Assembly (NCBI GenBank): GCA_001783215.1 | Contig: MFRA01000005.1 | Coordinates: forward strand, 29,845 to 93,844 | Reading direction: 5' to 3' | Source: Candidatus Magasanikbacteria bacterium RIFOXYD1_FULL_40_23 | GTDB taxonomy: Bacteria; Patescibacteriota; Patescibacteriia; Magasanikbacterales; GWA2-37-8 | DNA: 64,000 nucleotides | Shown here: in pieces, positions 1 to 9,325 of the stretch | Position numbering within the stretch: position 1 is the stretch's first letter | Layout of the letters: every line of letters begins with the position of its first letter | Notes under the pieces: model-generated | Databases searched by the model: none | What the model saw: the letters and a program-made list of their open reading frames with translations, nothing else | What the model was told of the DNA's origin: nothing | Position numbers and translations under genes: made by a program

Positions 1-809
1 GCCGCAGTTGGCCAAACATAACCAGAAACAGTTGGTAGTTGTTTTGATGAAGGCGGCGTTGCAACTCTTGCCACATTACGTGGAGGCACAACTGTAGATT
101 TTTGTGCAGCTCGCACACCATTTGGAATCAAAATCTTTTCTCCAGAAACAAGATCGGAACCATCGGCTTTTAACTTGTTAAACTTCACGATCTCATCAAT
201 ACTTGCGCTATATAGCGCAGCAATCTTTTTCAAATTATCACCTTTCTTTATAGTGTGATTAAGACCGGTGATTGGCAAAATACGAAGCTTATCGCCAGGG
301 TGTAAATAAGAATTAATTCCAAGATTATTTTCCCAAAGAATTGTATTTATACTAATCTGGAATCTTGCAGCAATACTACCCAACGAATCTCCCGGCTCTA
401 CCATATAATCAACGGTCTTTTCTCTAACACCATTTACAATGGTGCCAGACAAAATTGTTGGCTTAGACAAAGCTGTGCCACCAGCCACTACCGTGCCTAA
501 TTCTATAGTCTCAAAACTATTATGGGTAAACTGATCCTGACTTAACACACCAGTTTTCCAAGCTGGGTTAGCGGTATTTTCAAAATCTGTTGCCACACTA
601 GCCGTTACTTCTTCTACGCTATAATCTTCGTCATTTGGAGTAAGAGAATAAGCCACAGTCTTTTGACCTGGCAAACTCACATCTTTTTTGGCATAAAGTT
701 TTGTTTGAGGTAAAGCTACTACAAACAAAATAATAAAAATTATAATCTGTAAATTGTCTCGTTTTACCAACTGACCATCTAGCCCGGCTACACCCGATAT
801 CTTTCGCAT
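1..809 (-). CDS. LysM-domain peptidoglycan-binding protein, N-terminal part; the C-terminus runs past the window start and may be an M23-type hydrolase. Not in the ORF track because it is open-ended.
   Basis: Manual minus-strand translation gives MRKISGVAGLDGQLVKRDNLQIIIFIILFVVALP (TM anchor), then two LysM motifs (DYMVEPGDSLGSIAARFQISINTILWENNL and HTIKKGDNLKKIAALYSASIDEIVKFNKL). No stop codon before the window edge. Confidence 0.6.
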   Translation of the reverse strand, partial: MRKISGVAGLDGQLVKRDNLQIIIFIILFVVALPQTKLYAKKDVSLPGQKTVAYSLTPNDEDYSVEEVTASVATDFENTANPAWKTGVLSQDQFTHNSFETIELGTVVAGGTALSKPTILSGTIVNGVREKTVDYMVEPGDSLGSIAARFQISINTILWENNLGINSYLHPGDKLRILPITGLNHTIKKGDNLKKIAALYSASIDEIVKFNKLKADGSDLVSGEKILIPNGVRAAQKSTVVPPRNVARVATPPSSKQLPTVSGYVWPTA

Positions 810-1050
810 CAGGTAGTCCAATTTATAATGAACAAGCCCAATAACTCGCCAACCAGGAGCGGCAGCCTTGCCCAAAACAAAAAAAATTTGGGTGCCAAAC
901 CACCAAAAAAACCTCTTTGTATATATCAATACTTTCAGGGTTTTTAACAGTATTTTATAGCGCATACAAATTAGCCCATTTAGCTGGGGACTTACGGGGT
1001 TGACCCCATTAAATCCGGCTTAGCCGGTGTGCTTTCAGCACAATTTAACA

Positions 1051-1083
1051 GGGGTTGACTTGGGAGCTATATTAACATATCAT
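1051..1083 (+). promoter_or_regulatory. sigma70-like promoter for hppA (GGGGTTGACT, 17-nt spacer, TATCAT)
   Basis: TTGACT at 1055-1060, 17-nt spacer, TATCAT at 1078-1083. A GGGG run precedes the -35, as at several other promoters in this window. Confidence 0.45.
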
Positions 1084-1169
1084 AATGATTAAAACAACCC
1101 GGTTGGACCCTACCACATTAGGGTAAACAACCGCTCTAATTAGCTAATTTAAGTATTAATTCTCAACAT

Positions 1170-3152
1170 ATGTCCGTCTTTCTCTACGCCATATTGCCAG
1201 CAGTTTTGGCAATAGTTTATGGGGTAATTTTAATTGCCTGGATAAACAAACAACCAGCCGGAGATGATCGCATGAAGGCAATTGCCAAAGCTATCCAAGA
1301 AGGAGCAAACGCTTATCTTGGCAGACAATATAGAACTATCGCGGTAGTGGCTCTAGCAGTTTTTGTCCTTATGGGTTTTGGAGTTAACTGGTTAACTGCT
1401 ATTGGTTTCTTGGTGGGCGCAGTGCTTTCCGGATTAGCCGGTATTATTGGTATGAACGTATCTGTAAGAGCCAATATCAAAACTGCAGAAGCTGCCAAAA
1501 AAGGCATGGTAGAGGCACTAAACGTAGCTGTGCGCGGCGGGTCCATCACCGGTCTTATGGTAGTTGGTCTTGGCCTACTAGGCGTAGCTGGTTTTTATTT
1601 AATTACAAAAGATTTATCTGCTTTGGTTGGTTTGGCATTTGGCGGAAGTTTGATTTCTGTATTTGCTAGAATCGGTGGCGGTATATTTACCAAAGCAGCC
1701 GATGTGGGTGCCGATCTTGTTGGTAAAGTAGAAAAAGGTATTCCAGAAGATGATCCACGCAACCCAGCTGTTATTGCCGATAATGTTGGTGACAACGTAG
1801 GAGACTGCGCTGGTATGGCTGCCGACTTATTTGAAACTTACGCTGTAACTGCTATCGCTACTATGGTGCTTAGCGGCTTACTATTTGTAGGCAATGAAAA
1901 AGCTGTTATTTATCCTCTAGTTTTGGGTGGGGTGTCTATCCTTGCTTCTATTGCCGGTACATTCTTTATTCGCTTGGGCAAAAAACAAAACATCATGCAA
2001 GCTTTATACAAAGGCTTGGCTGCATCTGGCTTGCTTGCACTAGTAGCTTTTTATCCTGTCACCAAATGGCTTATGAGCGACTTGGCTGGATACGATGTAA
2101 ACAAAATTTATGCTTCTTCTGTGGTTGGTTTAGTACTTGCTGCTATTATGGTTTGGATTACTGAATACTACACTTCTACCGAATACGCTCCGGTAAAACA
2201 AATTGCCAAAGCAAGTGAAACTGGTCACGGCACAAACGTAATTGCCGGTTTAGCCGTTTCTATGAAATCTACTGCTTGGCCAGTATTATTTATCGTAGCT
2301 GCCATTCTTTCTACATACTGGCTTGCTGGTTTATACGGCGTAGCAGTAGCTGCAATGAGTATGCTTTCTCTAGCAGGTATAATTGTTACAATTGATGCTT
2401 ACGGCCCTATTACAGACAATGCTGGCGGTATTGCAGAGATGAGCGAACTCCCAGAACACGTAAGAGAAATCACAGATAAATTAGATGCTGTAGGAAATAC
2501 TACAAAGGCTGTTACCAAAGGCTACGCAATTGCTAGTGCAGCTTTGGCATCTCTGGTTCTGTTTGCCGATTACACACACAAACTTCCAGAAAGCGTACAG
2601 TTCTTAATCAACGATCCAAAAGTTTTGGCCGGATTATTTATCGGTGGTTTACTGCCATACTTATTCGGTTCTATGCTTATGGAATCCGTTGGTAAAGTAG
2701 CTAGCCAAGTAGTAGAAGAAGTTCGCAGACAGTTCCGAGAAATTCCAGGAATTATGGAACGTACAAACAAGCCAGACTACGGCAAAGCTGTAGATATTGT
2801 TACTAAAGGCGCGATCAATCAAATGGTTCTTCCAGCTGTAATTCCAGTTCTTGCTCCAGTATTAGTTGGCTGGTTGTTGGGCGTAGAAGCTTTGGGTGGA
2901 TTATTACTTGGTACAATTATTACTGGATTATTCGTAGCAATCTCTATGACTACTGGTGGTGGTGCTTGGGACAACGCCAAAAAATATATTGAAAAAGGAA
3001 ACTACGGTGGCAAAGGATCTTTTGCTCATCAAGCAGCTGTAACTGGCGACACCGTTGGTGATCCATACAAAGATACTGCCGGCCCTGCTATCAACCCAAT
3101 GATTAAAGTTGCAAACATTGTTGCGTTGCTGATTGTTGGATTATTGATCTAA
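1170..3152 (+). CDS. hppA: membrane-bound H+(or Na+)-translocating pyrophosphatase
   Basis: 660 aa, polytopic. Carries the H+-PPase signature [20 protein letters not shown] and the DNVGDNVGD motif. Confidence 0.92.
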   Translation: MSVFLYAILPAVLAIVYGVILIAWINKQPAGDDRMKAIAKAIQEGANAYLGRQYRTIAVVALAVFVLMGFGVNWLTAIGFLVGAVLSGLAGIIGMNVSVRANIKTAEAAKKGMVEALNVAVRGGSITGLMVVGLGLLGVAGFYLITKDLSALVGLAFGGSLISVFARIGGGIFTKAADVGADLVGKVEKGIPEDDPRNPAVIADNVGDNVGDCAGMAADLFETYAVTAIATMVLSGLLFVGNEKAVIYPLVLGGVSILASIAGTFFIRLGKKQNIMQALYKGLAASGLLALVAFYPVTKWLMSDLAGYDVNKIYASSVVGLVLAAIMVWITEYYTSTEYAPVKQIAKASETGHGTNVIAGLAVSMKSTAWPVLFIVAAILSTYWLAGLYGVAVAAMSMLSLAGIIVTIDAYGPITDNAGGIAEMSELPEHVREITDKLDAVGNTTKAVTKGYAIASAALASLVLFADYTHKLPESVQFLINDPKVLAGLFIGGLLPYLFGSMLMESVGKVASQVVEEVRRQFREIPGIMERTNKPDYGKAVDIVTKGAINQMVLPAVIPVLAPVLVGWLLGVEALGGLLLGTIITGLFVAISMTTGGGAWDNAKKYIEKGNYGGKGSFAHQAAVTGDTVGDPYKDTAGPAINPMIKVANIVALLIVGLLI

Positions 3153-3168
3153 AACAAACTTAAACATA

Positions 3169-3196
3169 TTGACAAAACTATTAAATAATATAGTAT
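3169..3196 (+). promoter_or_regulatory. promoter-like TTGACA / 16-nt spacer / TAGTAT upstream of the GC-rich ORF at 3229
   Basis: TTGACA at 3169-3174, TAGTAT at 3191-3196. Confidence 0.35.
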
Positions 3197-3228
3197 TATT
3201 TTATCTAACCCAAGGTTAGGAGGATACT

Positions 3229-3627
3229 GTGCAAATTCTGCAACTCACCGAGTCCATGCTGACCCCGTTCGTTGGCGGACAACTTGAAATCATGGATCAT
3301 AAGAACTTTTGTGCATACTGCGGCGAAATAGAAAGTGTTAGGATTATAAGGGACTTTCTCGTCGTGAAATTCGCCTGGTGCGCAAGCAACGACGACAATG
3401 GCAACCAACAAGGGTTAGGCACAAACTGGACGTCAATCAATAAACTCACCTACAGCTGGATGCTTCCGGAAGGAATCATCTCTAAAGAGTACGGTGGAAG
3501 AATTACGGTAGGCTTCGGAATGCGTCTCGTCGAGCTTCTCATCTTCCTTCCAAAGGAGTGTGGGCCAAGCTACGAGGAATATAGACTTAATCGCAGCCAA
3601 GTCAAAGGGCTAGATGCCGTTCCATAG
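3229..3627 (+). CDS. hypothetical protein in a GC-rich islet; GTG start with a strong SD (AGGAGGA)
   Basis: AGGAGGATACT GTG. GC content is clearly higher than the flanks. A hairpin (GTGCGACC..GGTCGCAC) follows at 3646-3672. Confidence 0.45.
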   Translation: MQILQLTESMLTPFVGGQLEIMDHKNFCAYCGEIESVRIIRDFLVVKFAWCASNDDNGNQQGLGTNWTSINKLTYSWMLPEGIISKEYGGRITVGFGMRLVELLIFLPKECGPSYEEYRLNRSQVKGLDAVP

Positions 3628-3815
3628 GCTACAATTCAAGGCCAGTGCGACCAGTAGAGGGGGTCGCACACAACAACGACCATTCGTACCTCTACTTTAG
3701 ATCCTAAATAATTTGGGGCTTAAAGTAGTGCGAGTGGTTTTTTGTTTACAAAAGTCTCAATCCTATTTGACCTTCAAATTATTTTACAGTAAACTGCATG
3801 ATCAGGAGGAATACG

Positions 3816-4004
3816 ATGAAAATCTCTCTTCGAACAATATCAAAAGTATTAGCTTTTGGTGGAGCGTTTGCCGCCTCGGCACTTATTTGGCTCATAGCAG
3901 AGCATGCAAAATGGACACCCGTACCTACTGCAATAGTGGCAGTAATATCCGCTATCGTCTGTATCATGCTCCCACAAATATTGTTATCAACACGGAGAAA
4001 ATAG
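3816..4004 (+). CDS. small (62 aa) two-helix membrane peptide; SD-led, hypothetical, possibly toxin- or holin-like
   Basis: CAGGAGGAATACG ATG then MKISLRTISKVLAFGGAFAASALIWLIAEHAKWTPVPTAIVAVISAIVCIMLPQILLSTRRK. Convergent with the 4178-4444 gene. Confidence 0.4.
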   Translation: MKISLRTISKVLAFGGAFAASALIWLIAEHAKWTPVPTAIVAVISAIVCIMLPQILLSTRRK

Positions 4005-4117
4005 CTAGACTTTGCCCTGCGTTCAGTGTGTACCACCATGAAGCATGTTGAACAGATAAAATAATTCGTGGTTCATATAAAGCAGCTTTTACAAAGGCTG
4101 TTTTTAAATTTTTTGTA

Positions 4118-4166
4118 ATAAAAAAATACCGCCGAACCGGCTGCTTTATAGGCAGTGGTCGGCGGA
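4118..4166 (-). terminator. rho-independent terminator for the minus-strand gene ending at 4178
   Basis: Stem CCGCCGACCACTGCC/GGCAGCCGGTTCGGCGG followed by TATTTTTTTATT on the minus strand. Confidence 0.6.
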
Positions 4167-4177
4167 TAGAAACAGAG

Positions 4178-4444
4178 TCAGGAATTCTCCTTGGTTGCAT
4201 GGGCAGCATCATTTAGGCTCACAAGCCATTTGCGTAACTCGAGTTCATCGAACTTAAGAACATGGTTGGGGTCATCTGGGGGTATTACCCAAAAAATCTT
4301 GCCGAAGCGGCCAACCACACTAGATTCTCTAGCCCTTAGCAAAAGACTGCTAATACCATCGCGCGGGAAATCCGATTCTTCTAGAACGAGAACTTGAGGA
4401 GGGCAGGTCAGAGGCGCTGCGACAGGTCGGTCGCCCATGTACAT
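4178..4444 (-). CDS. hypothetical 88-aa protein; SD-led (AAGGAG), in a GC-rich islet
   Basis: AAGGAGTCGAGCC ATG TAC ATG GGC. The track ORF 4178-4492 is trimmed to the SD-supported start. A terminator lies downstream. Confidence 0.5.
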   Translation of the reverse strand: MYMGDRPVAAPLTCPPQVLVLEESDFPRDGISSLLLRARESSVVGRFGKIFWVIPPDDPNHVLKFDELELRKWLVSLNDAAHATKENS

Positions 4445-4684
4445 GGCTCGACTCCTTCTCTGTTGATGTCTGCATCGCTTCGAAAACTTCAAAGCAATGA
4501 AAAAACAGATAGATAATAGTATTATACTTTTTTACTATTATGTCAATACTTTTTTGAAAAAACTTGCAATAATTATTAAATTAAAAAATATAATTTTACC
4601 ATTAAGCTACATTGACAAAACCGCTTTATTATGATAGTGTTATTTTAATTCAAAAATTTTTCTCCTCCACATAAGGAGTCTGAA

Positions 4685-5041
4685 ATGGAATGGTCCCTGA
4701 AAATTCTAACGGGAATTGTCATTCTAATACTAGTAGCTATGCTTGGCTATGCCGGCATACAATGCTACGACTGTGTTGGAATAAAAACCTCGACCGGAGA
4801 AGCTACCGTAACAGGCTGTACATACAAAGCTCCATGGATACAGGTTACCATAGTGGGTAAAACACCTATGGTAATAAGTCACCCCGAAGAATGGTGGTTA
4901 TGGATGCGCATAGACGCCCAACAAGCCGCTCTTCACGTTACCGAAAGCACTTGCCACTCTCCCATTGGCACGGTATATAAAGTAAAATATGGTTATGGTC
5001 GTCGTAGTGGCGACTTAATTATCAAGGACTTTGCCCCCTAA
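4685..5041 (+). CDS. hypothetical small secreted or membrane-anchored protein
   Basis: N-terminal hydrophobic helix. AAGGAGTCTGAA ATG. Confidence 0.45.
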   Translation: MEWSLKILTGIVILILVAMLGYAGIQCYDCVGIKTSTGEATVTGCTYKAPWIQVTIVGKTPMVISHPEEWWLWMRIDAQQAALHVTESTCHSPIGTVYKVKYGYGRRSGDLIIKDFAP

Positions 5042-5121
5042 GCCCACCCCTAACAGATACACGTATAGTTCGCTGGCTACTAAAACAGCCGGCGTTTTTT
5101 ATAAATATAACCACTAAGACA

Positions 5122-5154
5122 GGGGTTGACATTTCGCTAATTTTAAACTAGTAT
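5122..5154 (+). promoter_or_regulatory. sigma70-like promoter for tig (GGGGTTGACA / 17 nt / TAGTAT)
   Basis: TTGACA at 5126-5131, TAGTAT at 5149-5154. Confidence 0.5.
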
Positions 5155-5181
5155 TACCTCGTTAAATATTTTAAAAAAGTT

Positions 5182-6471
5182 ATGCAATATACACTAAAAA
5201 ATCTAGAAAAATCCCAAGTAGAACTAACCATTACCGTAGAACCAAAGGATTACAAAAAACATTTAGAAGAGGCTGCTGTTCGCATTTCCGAACGCGCCGC
5301 TATTGCTGGCTTTCGCCCAGGCAAAGCCCCTTATGAAACCGTAAAACAACAGGTGGGTGAAATCCGAATCATAGAAGAAGCAATGCAAAGCATAGTAGAA
5401 AGAAATTTCTTTTTGGCTGCCAAAGAAGCTGCTTTAGATACTGTTGGCATGCCCCAAATTACTATTACCAAAATTGCTCCAGGCAATGATTTGGCCTTTA
5501 CTGCTACTGTAGCCCTGCTCCCAAAAATTAAATTGGGTGATTTGGCAACTGTAAAAGTAAAACATCAAGCCAAAGAAATTACCGACGAAGAAGTAGATAA
5601 AACTTTGAACGATTTAAAAAAGATGCAAACCAGAGAAATTCTAAAATCTGGTCCAGCTACCAAAGAAGATAAAATGGTAATTAACCTAGAAATGTTCTTG
5701 GACAAAGTACCAGTAGAAGGCGGACAAGCTCCAAACCACCAAGTATACTTGGGCGAACCTCACTATATTCCAGGACTAGCAGAACAATTAATTGGCTTAC
5801 AAAAAGATGAAACCAAAGAATTTACTCTCAAATTTCCAAAGGATCACTACCAAAAACATTTGGCTGGCAAAGATATTGAATTCAAAACAAAAGTACACGA
5901 TGTGTTTGAATTACAATATCCAGAAATAAATGAAGAATTTGCCAAATCTTTGGGCCAAGAAAGTATAGAAAAATTAAAAAATATTATAAAAGAAAACATG
6001 GCGGCTGAGCAGAAACACAAAGATGAACAAAAAATAGAAATAGAAATCTTGGATCAAATGATAGAAGCTAGTGAAATCTCCGAAATTCCAGACGTTCTAA
6101 TCAATACCGAAAAAAATAAAATCTTCCAAGAACTTCGCCGAAGTCTAGAAGCTCAAGGCATAGAGATGGAAAAATACTTAAAAGACTTAAAGAAAAGTGA
6201 AGAAGATATTTACAAGGACTTTACCGAACAAGCGATGCGCAGAGTAAAGGCCGCTCTTATCTCTCGCCAGATTGCGCTAGACAACAATATCAAAGCCGAG
6301 AAGTCCGAAATTGATGATGAAATAAAACAAATCAAAGCCGCATACCCAGATAATAAAAATGTAGAAGAAAATCTAAAAAAACCAGAAGTAATTGATACTC
6401 TAGCTCTAACAATTCAAAACAGAAAAGTAATGAGTTGGCTAAAGGAAAAAATTACAGATAAAAAATCCTAA
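5182..6471 (+). CDS. tig: trigger factor (ribosome-associated chaperone with PPIase domain)
   Basis: 429 aa. N-terminus MQYTLKNLEKSQVELTITVEPKDYKK...FRPGKAPYETVKQ is typical of trigger factor. Confidence 0.9.
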   Translation: MQYTLKNLEKSQVELTITVEPKDYKKHLEEAAVRISERAAIAGFRPGKAPYETVKQQVGEIRIIEEAMQSIVERNFFLAAKEAALDTVGMPQITITKIAPGNDLAFTATVALLPKIKLGDLATVKVKHQAKEITDEEVDKTLNDLKKMQTREILKSGPATKEDKMVINLEMFLDKVPVEGGQAPNHQVYLGEPHYIPGLAEQLIGLQKDETKEFTLKFPKDHYQKHLAGKDIEFKTKVHDVFELQYPEINEEFAKSLGQESIEKLKNIIKENMAAEQKHKDEQKIEIEILDQMIEASEISEIPDVLINTEKNKIFQELRRSLEAQGIEMEKYLKDLKKSEEDIYKDFTEQAMRRVKAALISRQIALDNNIKAEKSEIDDEIKQIKAAYPDNKNVEENLKKPEVIDTLALTIQNRKVMSWLKEKITDKKS

Positions 6472-6487
6472 ATCTCATATTCTCTAA

Positions 6488-6528
6488 AATAAAACAGTCC
6501 TGCAACAAGGATTGTTTTATTTTTTAAG
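6488..6528 (+). terminator. rho-independent terminator after tig
   Basis: ACAGTCCTGCAACAAGGATTGT hairpin followed by TTTATTTTTT. Confidence 0.5.
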
Positions 6529-6606
6529 CAATCAGTATTTTAAAAAGCGCCCTGCCAGAGAAAATCTCCGACAGAGCGCGCACCCTCCCCCTTACTACAG
6601 ACGAGC

Positions 6607-6834
6607 TCAGTCGTCTTGGCTCAGTCGCATCTCTCGGTCCCCCAACCGATCGGTGTCGAACAAGAACCCATCCTCGAGCCACGGCGACAACGGCAACGCC
6701 CGAAGCTGAACATCCACCTTGGCCTCCAAGGCAGCTTCGGGGTCAACTTTCGCACAGTCATCACAGACGGCAACGTCCTCGTCGTCGGTCTCGATCTCCC
6801 TCTCACAAAGAACACATTCGACAGTCTTCGGCAT
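6607..6834 (-). CDS. small acidic zinc-ribbon protein (CxxC-x13-CxxC) in a GC-rich islet
   Basis: MPKTVECVLCEREIETDDEDVAVCDDCAK. GGGGGA precedes the ATG. Local GC is well above the flanks. Confidence 0.45.
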   Translation of the reverse strand: MPKTVECVLCEREIETDDEDVAVCDDCAKVDPEAALEAKVDVQLRALPLSPWLEDGFLFDTDRLGDREMRLSQDD

Positions 6835-6922
6835 CCGGAATCCCCCATGTTGTTATCTGCGAATTTGCAGATAGTAGATTATACACTCCAAAACGGCTTT
6901 TTGTCAATCGTATGATATAATT

Positions 6923-6951
6923 TTGACTATAGGATTTTTAAATACTATAAT
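6923..6951 (+). promoter_or_regulatory. near-consensus sigma70 promoter for nfo (TTGACT / 17 nt / TATAAT)
   Basis: TTGACT at 6923-6928, 17-nt spacer, TATAAT at 6946-6951. Confidence 0.55.
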
Positions 6952-6971
6952 GACACTACTAAATAAACTAT

Positions 6972-7808
6972 ATGCTTTTTGGCGCACATGTATCCATTGC
7001 TGGCGGATTATTCAACGCCCCTATAAACGCGGCTGCTATTGGCTGTGAAGTATTCCAAATGTTTTCTCGTTCCCCTCGCGGTGGTTGGGTAGCTCCACTA
7101 GACAAAAACATTGCCAAACAATTTAAAGAAAACTGCGAAAAGCATAACCAAAAAGAATGGTATATTCATGCGCCGTATTTTATAAACTTTGCTTCTACCA
7201 ATCCACGCATCAAACATGGCTCTGTGGCTGTATTACGAGAAGAACTAGAGCGTGGCACAATGCTGGGCGCAAAATACATAATGACTCATTTGGGCAGCTA
7301 CAAAGATGTGGGCCAAAAAGAAGGTTATAAACAATTAATAGAGGGTTTAGAAAAAGTAATGAAGGGATATAAGGGCACAACCCAATTTCTAATAGAAATC
7401 TCTGCTGGTGCCGGTAATATCCTTGGGGACACATTTGAAGAGGTAGGCGCTGCCTTACATCACAAAAAAATAGAAAAATATAATATCGGTGTCTGCTACG
7501 ATACCCAACATGCATTTGCTAGCGGCTACGATTGCCGCACGCCCAAAGCATTTGATGAAACTCTAAAAAAATTTGATAAAGAAATTGGCCTGGATAGATT
7601 AAAAATGTTTCATTGCAATGATTCCAAACCAGAACTTGGATCTCACCGAGATCGTCACGAACATATCGGCAAGGGCCAAATAGGATTGGCTGGATTTAAA
7701 ACAATCTTAGGTGATAAAAGATTAAAAGATAAAAACTTTATAGCAGAAACCGAAGATGACGAAATCGTACAAGACTTAAAACTACTAAAAAAGATTAGGG
7801 ATAAATAA
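6972..7808 (+). CDS. nfo: endonuclease IV (AP endonuclease family 2)
   Basis: MLFGAHVSIAGGLFNAPINAAAIGCEVFQMFSRSPRGGW is the Nfo N-terminal signature. 278 aa. Confidence 0.88.
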   Translation: MLFGAHVSIAGGLFNAPINAAAIGCEVFQMFSRSPRGGWVAPLDKNIAKQFKENCEKHNQKEWYIHAPYFINFASTNPRIKHGSVAVLREELERGTMLGAKYIMTHLGSYKDVGQKEGYKQLIEGLEKVMKGYKGTTQFLIEISAGAGNILGDTFEEVGAALHHKKIEKYNIGVCYDTQHAFASGYDCRTPKAFDETLKKFDKEIGLDRLKMFHCNDSKPELGSHRDRHEHIGKGQIGLAGFKTILGDKRLKDKNFIAETEDDEIVQDLKLLKKIRDK

Positions 7809-7847
7809 ACGGTCGTAAAAAATATTTATATTAAATAATAATAAATT

Positions 7848-8285
7848 ATGGATGAAAACATGTTAAACACAGCCCCATCTACAAGCAAAACAAAACTAAT
7901 CGTTGGCGTTCTAGTTTTATTAGTTGTTTTGGGTGGTGCTGCTTTTGTCTGGTACTCAAAAACTAAACCAGAAAATAAAATCCCCGTACCAACCACAAAT
8001 AATAGCGGTGCAACTGAGCCAAACATAACCCAACCAAGTTCCGAAGAAAATAATGGCGCCTCTCCTAACCCAGCCGTTCCCGCCACACCAGACACCTCTG
8101 ATACAGACCACTCCAATCCACCTAGCACTACTACGCCTCCATCAACTTCTACTTCTACAATCCCAAGACAAGATACAGGAGTAGATACTTTTGACCCAGG
8201 AAACTTACCACCTACTACCTCTACACCTCCAAGACCACCTGGCACACAAACAAATCCAGACAGCAGCACGGTACTTTCTCAATAA
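7848..8285 (+). CDS. Pro/Thr/Ser-rich low-complexity protein with an N-terminal TM anchor
   Basis: TM helix LIVGVLVLLVVLGGAAFVW followed by a PT-rich tail. The antisense ORF 7826-8269 is judged artefactual. Confidence 0.4.
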   Translation: MDENMLNTAPSTSKTKLIVGVLVLLVVLGGAAFVWYSKTKPENKIPVPTTNNSGATEPNITQPSSEENNGASPNPAVPATPDTSDTDHSNPPSTTTPPSTSTSTIPRQDTGVDTFDPGNLPPTTSTPPRPPGTQTNPDSSTVLSQ

Positions 8286-8300
8286 TTAATAACGAAAAAC

Positions 8301-8330
8301 AAAAATACACCGCTTAATAGGTGTATTTTT
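8301..8330. terminator. bidirectional hairpin terminator
   Basis: AAAAATACACC GCTTAATA GGTGTATTTTT. Confidence 0.5.
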
Positions 8331-8333
8331 GTT

Positions 8334-8603
8334 TTAAGGGTTATCTATTCCACCCTTACTCCACGGATTACAGCGCAATATTCGCCAGGCCGCTAGTGCA
8401 ACACCCACCACTAAACCTCGTTTTCTTATTATTTCATATCCATACTCACTACAGGTGGGCGTAAACCTGCAATAGCCATAGGGGAATTGAGATTTAAACA
8501 GCCCATGATCTGGAGAAATTGTTTTTTGGTATATTTTTATCAAAAATAAGAGCGGCGTTCTTGGCAAGAATAAGAGAAAATCAAGGATTTTTTTTATTTT
8601 CAT
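8334..8603 (-). CDS. yidD: membrane protein insertion efficiency factor YidD
   Basis: [39 protein letters not shown]...[14 protein letters not shown]. The start may be 6 codons upstream at 8621. Confidence 0.8.
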   Translation of the reverse strand: MKIKKILDFLLFLPRTPLLFLIKIYQKTISPDHGLFKSQFPYGYCRFTPTCSEYGYEIIRKRGLVVGVALAAWRILRCNPWSKGGIDNP

Positions 8604-8690
8604 ACAAAGTGAAGGAAACAAAAATTTATTTTTATTTCTGAGCGTGTATAGAAAATACCTTTAGTATTTTCATATTAAGCAAACTTTGGA

Positions 8691-8724
8691 TGTCATCCCG
8701 AGCGAGCCGTAGCGACGAGGGATC
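8691..8724. repeat. GTCATCC...GGATC palindromic repeat unit (family R, single unit) at the 3' end of rnpA
   Basis: TGTCATCCCGAGCGAGCCGTAGCGACGAGGGATC; ATCCC/GGGAT stem. Confidence 0.6.
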
Positions 8725-8742
8725 TACAATATAAAATAAATG

Positions 8743-9138
8743 TTATGCTTTCAAAACCTTCGCCTTACTTAATAAAACTTTTACTTCTTGGCTAATGGCT
8801 GCATAATCTTTGTTCAAAACATCCTTTTTGGCTACCACAAGTATATAGTAGCCGTTTTTTATAACCCCATCTTTGAGTAGAAGCCTTATTACCTCTCTTA
8901 TCTGCCTTCGCACCCTATTTCGCTTTACTGCACTTTTATGCACCTTTAACCCTGTAGAAATGGCTAGCTTTAGCTGATTTTGGAAATTAATTGGATCTTC
9001 TTTTTCTGGGAAGAACTTTGTATTTTTGGCTAATTCTAGTACTTTTATATCCAAAAACTGGCCATTTGCCCAATAGCCATGCTTTAGTACCAAGTTAAAA
9101 TCTCTAAGTTTTCGTAAACGATTGTCTTGTTGGAGCAT
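8743..9138 (-). CDS. rnpA: ribonuclease P protein component
   Basis: 131 aa, basic. The motif VHKSAVKRNRVRRQIRE is typical of RnpA. Synteny is rpmH-rnpA-yidD. Confidence 0.85.
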   Translation of the reverse strand: MLQQDNRLRKLRDFNLVLKHGYWANGQFLDIKVLELAKNTKFFPEKEDPINFQNQLKLAISTGLKVHKSAVKRNRVRRQIREVIRLLLKDGVIKNGYYILVVAKKDVLNKDYAAISQEVKVLLSKAKVLKA

Positions 9139-9274
9139 ATTATAAAATAGTATAACAAATTACCGTTGATTTGTCTTTGACAACACATCGCAGTCACGAC
9201 TCGCGTCGGGACGAGATCTGAATGCCCGAGTCATCCACAGATGGCGAGAGGCTGTTTGGCAAAGATAAATTAAT

Positions 9275-9325
9275 GGTAATTAAACATAAAACCCGCCTTT
9301 GAAGGGGGTTTTATGTTTAATTACC
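9275..9325 (-). terminator. 20-bp perfect inverted repeat hairpin between rpmH and rnpA (terminator or attenuator)
   Basis: GGTAATTAAACATAAAACCC ...GCCTTTGAAGGG... GGGTTTTATGTTTAATTACC. The minus-strand reading is followed by a U-rich stretch. Confidence 0.55.

Noticed and set aside
7826-8269. Track ORF 7826-8269 (-) 147 aa
   Set aside because: Antisense to the PT-rich ORF. Its Gly/Val-rich translation is the reverse-complement echo of the Pro/Thr codons.
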